The notes below the pieces were generated by a model. That model made no database searches, had not been told where the DNA came from, and was given only the letters and a program-made list of their open reading frames with translations. The position numbers and the translations under genes were made by a program. A DNA stretch of 64,000 nt from Raillietiella orientalis (lineage: Eukaryota): the NCBI GenBank assembly GCA_036172245.1, contig JAYWIR010000040.1:310001-374000 (forward strand), read 5' to 3'. Shown here one piece after another: positions 37,718-49,270 of this stretch (its first letter is position 1; every line of letters begins with the position of its first letter).

Positions 37718-39003
37718 AGTTGTGTGAAAGGGAAGCCCTTAAATAACGCAGGGCTTGGAATGTGACTTGCATGCTCTTTCCCGTTTGCCACCTTCCGCTC
37801 GCTCACTCTCCTACCTCATGACGGTTTGGATCCTACCGTCAGCTCACTATCAAGCACCAAGACATCTTGCCGATTTTTCTACCAGCCAGTGTTTGTGATA
37901 TCAGATGTACAATCCCGTGTATCTTCCCTTTAACAAAACCTGGTGGAATTTCTAACGTTTTTTTTCTTATAACGGTCAGACGTATCTTCGTTGAAATCAA
38001 AAAGTCTCAGTTTTATTCTTGAATACTTTCTATGAAAAGCTTTTGAAATCATTTGAAAGTGTAAAAAGTTTGTTAAAGACATGGCTGAGTGAGGCTCAAG
38101 TTAGTGATGCATGTTGTGTGGCATTCTTAAAGTAGGTGAGCAGTTCTTGCAATGCCCGCATTAACTTGAATGTGGATTACCTGATATCCTTGCCTCTCCC
38201 ATAGTATGAACATGAGATTTCAAACATTGCAATAGAAGGATCACATGCCTTCGTATCGAAAAGGAACGGCCAGCTGAAAAGATGCAGACTGCAATTCATC
38301 TTCTGTAATGCTCCATACCTGGAAACTGACATCTACCCTTTGCAACTGACATTGCAAATAGCTCACGACCCAATTGAATCAAAAAACGAGGGAAACCGTT
38401 AATTTTGACATTTGAGCTTACTTGGAATTTCAAATTTCATTCTGACACGGGCTTTCTTGCCTGTCCGTTCCAAACACGAAAGTTTTATCGTTGAGATGAT
38501 TCTGCTGTGTTCGTTCGGTCTTTTCGAGATCACCACTTCTTAATAGAAAGCATGCAAAATGCTCAACCGCTACAAGCGATTGCAACATAATGCAACCCTA
38601 CACTTTTAATTGAGATTCCGAAGCAAACATCTGCTTTTTACGCAAAAACGAATCCTGTTGTGTCTCCCAAAACACGCCCTAAAATTTTCTGGAACCTCCA
38701 GCACTGCGTGCTAAAGAAAAAACGGATTTGATCTCAATTATAACCTACCAATAAAAACGCTTTTCGATTGCAACTGGATGTTTTATTACATTAATCCATG
38801 CCAAAATTGTTGCGCAATTTCAATTACATATCACATACATGGATTATTTGGGGATGATGACTGGGCTAGGGAGAGATGAAAACAATCAAATATACTGCAG
38901 AGAACGGCTAATACTTGCTGGCCAGTTGAGCATGGTCATGCGGGATCGACAAGATCCTGCATGTCACCTTAACACTTGCAAATCGGCGAACTGACTTGCC
39001 AAG

Positions 39004-42000
39004 TCAAACAAAAAACTGGAAGAAACGCGAATGGCTCACGTTTCCTGTGTCACACTGGGAACCAGTCTGCATACACTTCTTATCACAGGAAAAAAATCGC
39101 TTCCTTTTAAATGTCCTTCTAATCCATGTTGTGCAATGGGGGTCGGCAAAAACACAAAACTTCAGCAAATAAAACACAATACAAAATACGAAGCTCATCA
39201 GGAAAAAAAGGGAAATGCAATGAGGCACTGCAAGAAAGCACATACAAAGGGAATCTAACTTGCTGCGGGATTCCGGGAAAACTGCTCCTCTGAGAGAATG
39301 CTTGGAAATGGCAGCCCCCAAAGTCCAGTGGACAACTTTGCCTCCGTCCACCGTATTTGGAGTCGAAATGAGATGATCATAAGTAAAAGGCAACTTTATG
39401 CCTTGGTGCAGGAAAGTCTGCAACCAGGCAGACTTAAAGCACTGATAACGGAAACGATCCTGATCGGCATGAGGGTACAAATTGGCAGCATAACGTGAAG
39501 AGAGCTCCTTCCATTCTGTTCCGCAAAATCTTTGGGCCGTCTCGCGGAACTGCTTATAAGCATATGCTCCTTCGAGACCAAAAACATCATACATCGAGTA
39601 CCAGATTTCCGAAAATCCATAAAAAGTCATTTCTTCGAAACTAATGGCGGGGAGCTCTTGGACATTGAGGGTGCACTCGTGGGGATCACACGTGATAGAG
39701 GGGTCACGAAAATAAAGTAATTCGTGGGTGAGATTTTGGCACTCTTCCCAAGATCCAGTGCCGATGAAATTGACGGGCAACTGATAACTAGGAATACTGA
39801 CTAGATGAGAGATTTTTTTCAATTGCTTGTACCCAAAGGTAACGTTCTCACGCATGTTCTTTGGGTGGCAAGGGTCACCAACAATGAAACTTTCGTTCCT
39901 GTCCCTTATGGATCCAAAGTAGATTAAAAAATGGGCATGGAATTTGAAACGTACTTGTTTTGCCGGAGATGGCGCAAAAGGAGCTGTAAGAAATAATGCT
40001 CTAGTTTTTCGTTGGCTCCAAAACCAAGGAAAGTATCTACGTATACTTTATACCGATGCCTGCTCTCTGGATTCTTGGGAAGCAAGCATATTTCCATTGG
40101 CGTCAGATCTTCATTCATCATCTTCGGGGGTACTTCGAAAGCAATTTGAACAGAAGCACCACCCATATCAATGATGCCGACTGTATCACTGTTGACTGAT
40201 GAACGAGACTTCTTGTTTGAGAATTTGCCTGGAACAATAAGTACCACCAATGCAGCAAAGTAGTTAATGAAAACAAAAACTCCCATCTTTAGAACTGAGT
40301 TCTTGGGGTACAACTGGCTTCCACAAAACCGAGTGCGTTAAACTGTAGTAAAGCTCTTCGCATTTTAAACTTGCAATTTTTGAAATACCATAATAAAAAA
40401 AAAGAAACTTTGCAACCAATGACTGGATGTGATGGATCATTTTTTGACTGTAGAATAAGGACATAGATTACAATCGCGTAATAGCGTTCCAGTTCTTCCA
40501 TGAAAGTAACGATTCGACTTGCTGTAATATTGGATATGATGACACAATTTTGAATTATTATTTTTTGCTGCAGTTACCCAGATTACATTTAATCTGGATT
40601 GTTGACCTTTGAAGTGCAACATTCATTTAGGTTAAAATACAAATATTGAAGTGTAATCTGGATAACTGCAACAAAAATTAAATATTCTCATTAAAATACA
40701 AATATTTCACTTTAAAAGTTTCAATAACTTCAAAAGTATTTGAAGCTTTATATTGTATCCTCAGTGCTTTCAATCCTTTATGGAAAAGTGTACTAAAAAA
40801 TAATCGATTAATGTCCAGAAACATAATTGTATACTATTAATATCCCATTCAAAGACCTCAAGTGGACATACTTGTTACAATATAATGTCAAAAACATATG
40901 ATCAGGGAACATGAATTAATCATTAATGAATTTAACTTATGGTGGTAATTTTGACCTAACCCCAAAAGCTATCACCATAAAACAATAAGCAGTAACATTG
41001 TTTGGAATGCAAAATTAAAAATTCATGTAAAAGTAAAATTAAGTAAATGCAAAATTACAATTAGATTAATAATAACTGAAAGGTATGTATCAGATCGGAT
41101 ACAGCACAAATTTATGTATCTGATTTTGAAAGAAGAAATAGCTCGTTTTATTGTTTTGCTCAAAAATAAAGTAAAAAGTGCATCTAAACAAAACAAACCC
41201 ACTAATGAAGACATGTTAAAAGTAAACAATCAGAAATAAGCTGAAGTTTTAGAAAACATTTGAATTAATAAATTCTAAGAAACAAAAACATGTTTTTGTA
41301 CTATCATTTGTTCCTACACAAATATGCTGTTTATTTATGGCAGGGGAAGCTCCAAACAGAACTCAAGTTGGACGAATTAGATTTCAGCAAAGGTTTATTG
41401 CAAACATAACAGATAAGAGAACTAAAAGACTGAAGTGAATTTCTTGACCAAGATTCATGCATCAAAGTAAACTGCATACATATTTTGGAATAAAATAACA
41501 TTCATGCATGAATGAAAATAAAACAGCATTCTCAAGACATTGCATCAGCAGCAGCTTAACTTAAATTAAATTTCTGTAGTAATTTCTACCTGAGGAGTTC
41601 GTACATTCTGTGAAATTATGACATGGGAATAATAATGGTAATACAGTTTACATTTTATTGATGCACCTAGTACCTTCAAACCTTACAAAAGTAATTCTTT
41701 GTTTACTGACAATAATGGCAATCAAATGTTACCATTATTGTCAGTATTACCCAATGTTTGCTTTCTTATATTAGAATTTTAACCTGCTTTTTTTTATTAG
41801 GAAGACTTCGATATTCAAAAATGTCATTCATTTAACTTAATTATCTGCTTACTCACAAATAAATTACATGATTATGCAAATAAACATACATTTCAAGGAT
41901 CATGCATTTCAGCTTCTACATAGCTATCACATTAAAACATATAAATGAATGCAACAATCATTTATATCCCTGATACAAGTAGCTTTCATAAAAAAAAAAA

Positions 42001-43195
42001 AAAAATAAGAAAAATGCAATGAAAGAAAATACAGTGCACTTCAAACAAGTCTGTAATTAAAGTGGGCAATGCATCAGTATTACAAGTAACACAAAAGTGG
42101 TACAAACCTAAACCATAATTCACAGCCACCCATTGAAATAGCCCTTCTTGTTTCCCAGTAATAACTTCAATATTTTCTGGAGCAACATGAAAATTAAATT
42201 CATCTTTTATACCTCTCCATAGAACATCTAAGATTGCAGTCTGGGATCTGCAAGGGCACATTTAAGCATACTTTATTAAATGATACAAATAAGACCAGCA
42301 ATTGAAGAACAAAGACTTACACAGTGTTAAGTAACCTCATTCCAGCAGTTGCCAAAATATACACAGGAGTTGAAGAATGCTGGTCTTGAGGAATATTCTG
42401 TTCAGCAAACTTTAATAATGGTCTAATATGATTCATGGCTTCACTTGGCTCATGATAATAAGTAGATAAACCTAACAGAATACATAATTGAAGCAAGTTT
42501 CTTAGGTCACACAATTACAATAATTAAAAGCTCCAGAAGCCTTCAAGAAAGCTTACGAAAAAAGCAAACTGTAACACAAAAAATGCAATGAATCCTACTT
42601 TACTTACTTTTAAACCCTTTATCTATTTTACTTATTAACCCTACATTGTTCTGAACTGGTTTTGAAATACATTTATAACTTTTCAATATCTAGTATAAAC
42701 AAAAGCAAGAAAATGATATCTAGTAACCTGTTATGATCTAGTTACTTTTTTTGCAAAATATTCAAGCATTCCTGAAAAGTACTCTTTACCTGGTTTTACT
42801 TTACTAACTAAGGGTACATTGTTTTCATCTGTAACAGGTGAAATTTCAAACAATTCATCATTTGTTTGTTCTTTAATATAATACTTATAAAGATAGATTC
42901 TGCTACCACTACTTCCTGCATCTATAACTATGGTATAATAATAATCTAAAATAAGCAAAAGGAAAACACAATAACTCCGACAAAAATTCCAAATGACAAT
43001 TTCAAACTATACAAGCAAAAAGTTTTAAGTTTCAAAAGTAATCTAAGATGACATACCATTAACAAAAATGTTATTCAACATAATAAGGCCTAATACTAGC
43101 ATTACAACTACTAAAAAAGTTCCATATAATCGGAACATCTTGTTTTTATGCTGGAAATCAACTGTTACTGGACACAAAGCTCTGTGTACATCCAT
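39004..43195 (-). CDS. GDA1/CD39-family nucleoside diphosphatase (ENTPD4/7, mig-23-like), two transmembrane ends, 6 exons
   Basis: Exons 43195-43057, 42945-42790, 42471-42321, 42247-42108, 40228-39955 and 39904-39004 splice in frame with GT-AG. Apyrase regions IDAGSSGSR, ATAGMRLL, GKQEG..W..VNY, DMGGASVQI, WTLGA. Hydrophobic N- and C-terminal helices. Confidence 0.92.
40561..40677. repeat. MITE-like imperfect inverted repeat in NTPDase intron 4
   Basis: tttttgctgcagttacccagattaca ... tgtaatctggataactgcaacaaaaa: about 26-bp arms with 2 mismatches. Confidence 0.65.
41704..41746. repeat. 15-bp perfect inverted repeat in NTPDase intron 4
   Basis: tactgacaataatgg / ccattattgtcagta with a 13-nt loop. 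Confidence 0.85.
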
Positions 43196-46100
43196 GGCAG
43201 TTTACCGTCGCTAATAAATTCTGGTTGCAAAGAATGCCTGGTTTTGAAGTACATGCTTGATACATGATCTTACTTAGTATCCTTACACACCCATTGTTGC
43301 AAAACTCAATATAATCTGGAAGTGAACTTCATTATAATACATTAACTGTAGAAAACAAATACATGGTTCTCTAATCTTTTTTATTACTTTTAACATCATA
43401 AACATTCAAAACGAATATTTCACAATCCAAGCAACTCCTTTTCCATGCCAGATTTTCCTTTGGCTCCACTTTTAAGGCTAGTGTGCAGGTAAACTTCAAC
43501 TTTAAGAGCGATTGCATGATTTTACACATACTCATTCTACCATAAGCGCGGCCTATAAGCCCAATTACTTTATCCTCTACACATTCTTATTTCACCTAAA
43601 TAAAATTCTGCTTATTCTGCTCTCTAGATTTTCGAGTCCAGTCATCACAGGCAGGCACGATAATGTAGCCAGAATTTGGGGCATTATCACTAAACAAACA
43701 AATACACATAACGAAATTTAATCTACCACAAGCGAGTTTTCGGAATGGCACACAAGATTGGGAAGAAAAAAACGAATCGAAAAGTGCCGAAACTGAATGA
43801 AACCTCCGGTAATCACACTATTTTGAAAATAACAGATTCATTTCGCAATGAAAATGCACATATTCAAAGAATGAAAACGCTTCCACACGCCGGCTATGTT
43901 TGGAGTTGCATTTTCTTAATGAGGACAATTTTCCTAACAGTTTTCACATTTTATAAGATGTTTGCAACCTTTCAAAAAACGGGTATGGTTTTTGTAAACA
44001 ATCTGGAGTATATGAGCGCACTTACGTTTAAAACAAAAAAACAATCCATTTACTTTCTAAATTGCAGGCTTTGGGAAGCAAAACTGAAAAAGTTTCTTGA
44101 TCTTCCAGCTAGTCCTATGGGGGGAAGGGGGAGGGGCGGGGGGGTTACCACTGAATTACTTTTAAATTGATTTACTTTTTTTTTGCCCCGCTTTCATGTC
44201 CACAAAACCCAAACACTATTCCTACGCTTGACGGCAGGACGTCAGACGGAACTTACAAGCAAAGTAACCCTTTGGTGACAAAACAGATTTTCAGGAATGC
44301 CTTCTGATTGTAAAACACACTAAGAATACTTCTAAGTTTGAGCATACACTGTACAACTCCACTTTCAAGGCCTTCAGAAATAAGGAAAGCTGCTTGAATG
44401 TAGACGGTCATGCACGGGGAAAGATCACAGCATGTTCACTGGTGCCGATAGATTTCAGGCTCTTTTACTCCGGTGGTGTGAGGTCAACCTCCTCTTCCTT
44501 CTTTTTTATTCCTCTTCTCGATGCACCTTCATACATAACATTTGTCAAATGTTTGACTGATTAATTTTGCGTTACACACATCCCGTTTTAAATACGTAAC
44601 AGGACTGCTGGCGGAGAGAGTGCTGCAGAAATCTAGGAGAAATACCGACGTCTTGAGGCCTTGAGTAGCATGTGCTAGGAAAATGCCTCACTTGCACGTG
44701 TAAGCTGGCTTCCTCATAGCATTGCAGTTTAAGGAAACTTTTCGATACACTTCAGGTGCCTGAACCATGAGATGAGGTTTCTGAAGAAGCATTTCATTCG
44801 TGATGTCTGGAGGAATGGCCTGTATTTCGAGGAGTAGTGTGCCTAATTTTGCTTAGTTTGGTCAGTCTTTCAGGTTGACTAACCAACATCAGGACACTTT
44901 CGAGCACAGTCTCTCCCTGAATCTAGATTACCAGCGTTCATTGTAAAAGACAACTTCAGAATTGCATTCAAAACAATGAGGACAAACACAGAAAACACAA
45001 ATAAAATATGCACGTCAGACATATCAATTATTCCGTAATTCCCTAACTTTCACGATGTAAGATTCGATTCTTCAATGGCTGTGAGCACTTTACTCAAAAG
45101 CATTTTGCACCGAGTTCCTTTAGCTTTTGCTCAATAGTAGTCGTAGTAGTCAATAGTCAGTGCTTTGCCTGTCGAATGGAAAACCACAAACAATACCAAT
45201 GGTATATCTCTTTAGGAATTGAAATGCTGTTTAAGAATGCATATTTGTTTCAGATAATGACTTTTTTGATCTCTGAACAGTATTGTGGATCCATCCCATC
45301 AAGGATTGAGAACGAAACATTGGAAAAGCAGAAAAGAGGATTATTGATGATGTTCTGACATAAGTACTTCTGAGGCTAAGCTTTACTATTTTCTTTGCAC
45401 TTTAGGTCAAAACTGTGTTTCGAGAGAGTATTCTCTGAATTGGGGAGAAATGTGGAAGAAGAAAAAACAAGAAACACACTCATCTGTTTTTTGATTTTTG
45501 TTCACAGAATAAGGGAATGGAAACACTGGTAAAATAGGGGAATTCCATAATTAGGGAGATGATTTATAATCCTGTATTGAAAAGGAAAAAATCAAAGCTT
45601 CTACTTCCAGCTTTTTTTTTTTTCGGGCTTCTGTTTTTTGGTTCTCTAAGTACTTTCATGATTCGCCTGCTAGCTCACGAAGCTCTTTAACACTGTTCCG
45701 CGCCACCCGCGGGTGCGTGTAGTAAGTCTCCAAGTTAGGGAGTACCCCGGGAGGGAAACACTTTATGAATGTAAGATAGGCTCCAGAGAAAAAGGTCCGT
45801 TGCTCATATGCTTGGGAGGGGACCCTGAATGGAACCCTCCATCCTGATTATCTCTTAAAGGAACCTCTTCCTTATTCTCTCCAGAGTGTCCCTCGAGGAG
45901 CGGCTCCAGTGCTTCTTCTCCGAAAGGAACCCGCAAGGATTTGCTCTTGGAACTTCTCCGGAAGGAACACGCAAGGGAACTTGTCATTGTTACTCCTCCG
46001 AGGAGAACCCCGGAGGGACGCTTTCAAAATTTCTCTGAAGGATCGCTCCCGAAGGGAGCAGAGCACTTCTCCACACTCTAATGAGGTATTAATCCACTAG

Positions 46101-46399
46101 CTCCATGGTACGAGATGGAAGGGATTCCTTCCGAGGAATGGGGAGACGAGTCCATTTGCACAACCGAAGGGGAACACAGAAAGGAACCGACTCCTTGATT
46201 CTGATTCTTGGAAGGACCCCGGAGAGGCAACTTCCAATCCTGGCCACTTATCGGGGGTATTCGCTTTGATAAAAGCTGAAAATTCAGCTTTTATCAGTGC
46301 TGCACCCACTTCTCCGAAGCCGATCCTTTATTTTCACCCAGTCACTCCGGGGTGTTTATTGTAAAAACAATATTTATAAAAAACGCAGTCATATAAAAT

Positions 46400-46735
46400 A
46401 TAAAATGTCTTTCTTCGTATTGGTTTTACAACTGTCGGAAATGCCTCGGAGGCCCTGCTTCTCGTAAGCAGCTCCCCGATGAGGTCCTCACAGAAGAAGT
46501 GGCTGAAGAAGTAAACAAAAACAAATAACACACATGAAAGTTCAGTTGAAAATTGTATGGGGGGAAGGAAAGGGATCAGATTTCTTTCTGGAGTCAGCAT
46601 CCTCTGGAGGAGGTGTTCGAACGACCTCTTTCGGCGTGGTTTCTCGTCACCACGATCCCGCGACAACAGCGCACAGGGCTGCGAGGGAATCTGCAGGCGA
46701 CAGCGAGTCCCGCGCGAAGAGGCACCGCAACACCT
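46400..46735 (-). mobile_element. Tx1-like 3' end, inverted
   Basis: LLQRM.. followed by tgatccctttccttcccccc and a T-rich tract on the minus strand, the family's 3' signature. Confidence 0.6.
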
Positions 46736-46739
46736 CTCT

Positions 46740-48170
46740 GCCGTTGTCCATCTTCGCAGTTCCCATCCTCCGCTCCCTGCTTTTTGTTTGCCCCGTCCCC
46801 CCCCAGTTGAAGAAACGGACGAAGGACCTCCTCCGTATCAACCTGTGGGGCAACGGGAGGCCCCGAGTCCCGTTGAAGGACTTGTGTGCTCCACGTCGGG
46901 ATGGAGGTCTCGGCCTCCTGACACTGGAACGAATGGAGATCCAGCTGCGATGGCTCACCATGGCCATCACGGCGAAGTTATGCAGCACCCCTTGGTGTGT
47001 TCCGGCCCACCTCCTTGCCAGCCGTGTATCCGGGACGCAAGGTCTCGCGTCTTATCTTCTGTGCCGTGGCCGGAAGATCAAAAGATGCGGCCTTCTCCTT
47101 GGAAGCATGGCCACGCTGGCTACGGAGAACGGCTGGATGGTCTGCAGTCCGGCCAACTCCACCGCATGGCTGGAGGAGACTACTGGCACGTGGGCGAAGC
47201 TAAATGAGAGGAACCACGAGATGTGGAACTGCCTGCAACGCGGCGCCAACTCTCGCTTCACACTGCGGAAGATACCGCAGTGTCCCGCGAGGAGCACATG
47301 GGCAGAGACGACCCCCTAGCTACGGCGATGCCCTTCCCGTGGAGAGCGCTCCCCAGCAGCCGCATGCCTAGGTGGCAATTCTCCTGCCGCAGAGAGAAGA
47401 TGAGCGGTTGGACATGGGACAGTTGGCCGACGCCATGACCCGAAGTGTCGTCCCGCGAGGATTACTGAGATAGGGCGAGCTGCTCGGCATCCCGACGGAT
47501 GACCTGAAGTGGCCACCGGTTTCAAACGGTTCGAGGATCCTTGCCCCTGAAGTGGCAGGACTCGGCGCTTCTCCTGTTGCATTGGGGTCTACCCTGCAAC
47601 GCACGCCGCCATCACTGGACGCGGGGTCGAGTGAATCCTCACTGAATCAGGTGCGTGGAGCGGAATGGAATCCCTTTCCCACCTTATTGTTGATTGTGCT
47701 GCCCTTCGACCTCTCTGGGAGCGTCTTGGTTCCTCCCTACGGATCCCGGTGAGCAGCCAGACCAGAGACGTTTTTCGGCTTCTCTTCGTGCAGGATTCCC
47801 TGCGACCAGCCGCAGCCCTGGCAGCAATCTGCTGCATCCAAGGGATTGTGACGTGTTGTAGCGAAGTAAGAAGACCGAACCGCGAGAGGGATGCCGTCGA
47901 ACTTGCAGTCCTCTACCTGCGGATAGCGACCAGATGGCCCCATCTGGGAAATATATGGATGGACCTCGGGAGCATCCTGAAAAGGATGGACCCTCCTCCC
48001 AGTGGACAGTGATCGCTTCCCCGCCCTCCCAAATCTCTTATTTTTTCTGTTTTATTTTTCTTTTTGTTTTTTCCTCCACCCCCTTCCGCTACCGAGGGGA
48101 GTCGCGCCGGTCTGTGTACCGGCGACCCGGCAGGTCCTGTTATTTCTCACCTGCGCCGGGGCGTTTATTC
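46740..48170 (+). mobile_element. Tx1-like retrotransposon J, ORF2 C-terminus and 3' UTR
   Basis: LWGNGRPRVPLKDLCAPRRDGGLGL, W..SALLLLHWGLPCNAR, RMDPPPSGQ stop at 48012; T-rich UTR. Confidence 0.88.
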
Positions 48171-48179
48171 CTAAACTAT

Positions 48180-49270
48180 CCAGGAACAGAGTTCCCGGAC
48201 AAAGGACACAGAAGAAACGAAGGGGGGGATACCCGAAACGCCGGTTGGTAAACAGGAAGTCAGAAACGGGAGGGAGGAAACCACAAATACACATATAAAA
48301 AATATAAATAAAGATATGGGGAGAGTAGGGGACAGTAGGGGTCTTTGGTTTCGGCCGTTCCTTTCCTTCAGAACCGGCGGTGGATGCCGGCGATCTCGCT
48401 CCCTCTGGAAGATGGGTTCACTCGGAAGACGACGACATGTTCGCGCTGGCTATTCCGGTGGGCTGATGAAGAATGGCCAGCTCCTCCAACTCTCGGTGGG
48501 TCTTGTCGATGGCGTGGGTGCAACAGACCGTTGCGATGACAGCACCTAACGACAGGCTGCCTGGCGTGAAGAAGCGGCGCATAAAGTCTCTTGCGGTGTC
48601 CCCCTGGTGCTGGAGAGCTGAGGCCAGCCTCCGCCACAGTCCTTGGAGGACACCGCAGTCCAGGAGCAGGTGCGGGAGCGTTTCCACTTCCCCGCACCGC
48701 TTATAGTTCGGGTAGACGACTTCCCCGGAAACACGATTCGTCCGCTGGTTGTAGTGAAAACCCCAATGCACCAGCATGATGACGTCCTGTTTCCAGTTTA
48801 GAGGGAACACGGAAGTGTTCAAACAGGACGGAGGGACCACAAGTTCTTCGGGGGGCAGTTGTGTTGGCCGTAGTGGGGCCTAGTACCACGAATTATAGAG
48901 ACTTTATAATAAACGCCCCGGCGTGACCGGGTGGCAACTGCCTTTGTCCATCGGGAATGGGAGGGGCTCAGCACAGCGTTCCCAGACACTCAAAGGACAA
49001 CAACGCAATCCAGCAACAGGTGCGGGAATCTTTCTTTTTCCCGGCACCAGACACAGTCTGGAAGCTGCACTCCCTCTTGTCCAGTGGTGGACTCGTGCGT
49101 TGCATGGGATCGTCCCGTGCAACAACTGCAATACCGAGTCCTGCCACTTCAGGGAAAGTTTGGAGCTGTCCACAAATACAGTCTCTGCCTCCGTCAATCC
49201 TTTATGGGTATTCGATCCAGCAACGCTTGGTACCACTCGCGGAGTCTGTAGCCACATGACCTCCAACTTA
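48180..49270 (-). mobile_element. Two further inverted Tx1-like C-terminal fragments
   Basis: 48418..48840 (PLNWKQDVIMLVHWG..RCGEVETLPHLLLDC) and 48904..49266 (SLKWQDSVLQLLHGTIPCNARVHHWTRG). Confidence 0.78.

Noticed and set aside
46076..46110. ctaatgag as a possible hammerhead core
   Set aside because: Differs from CTGANGA and has no correctly placed stem II or GAAA.
48010..48026. atcgcttccccgcc resembling the U2 snRNA 5' end (target of Utopia/Keno elements)
   Set aside because: It is the family's own stop/3' UTR motif seen in other copies, and no further U2 sequence follows.
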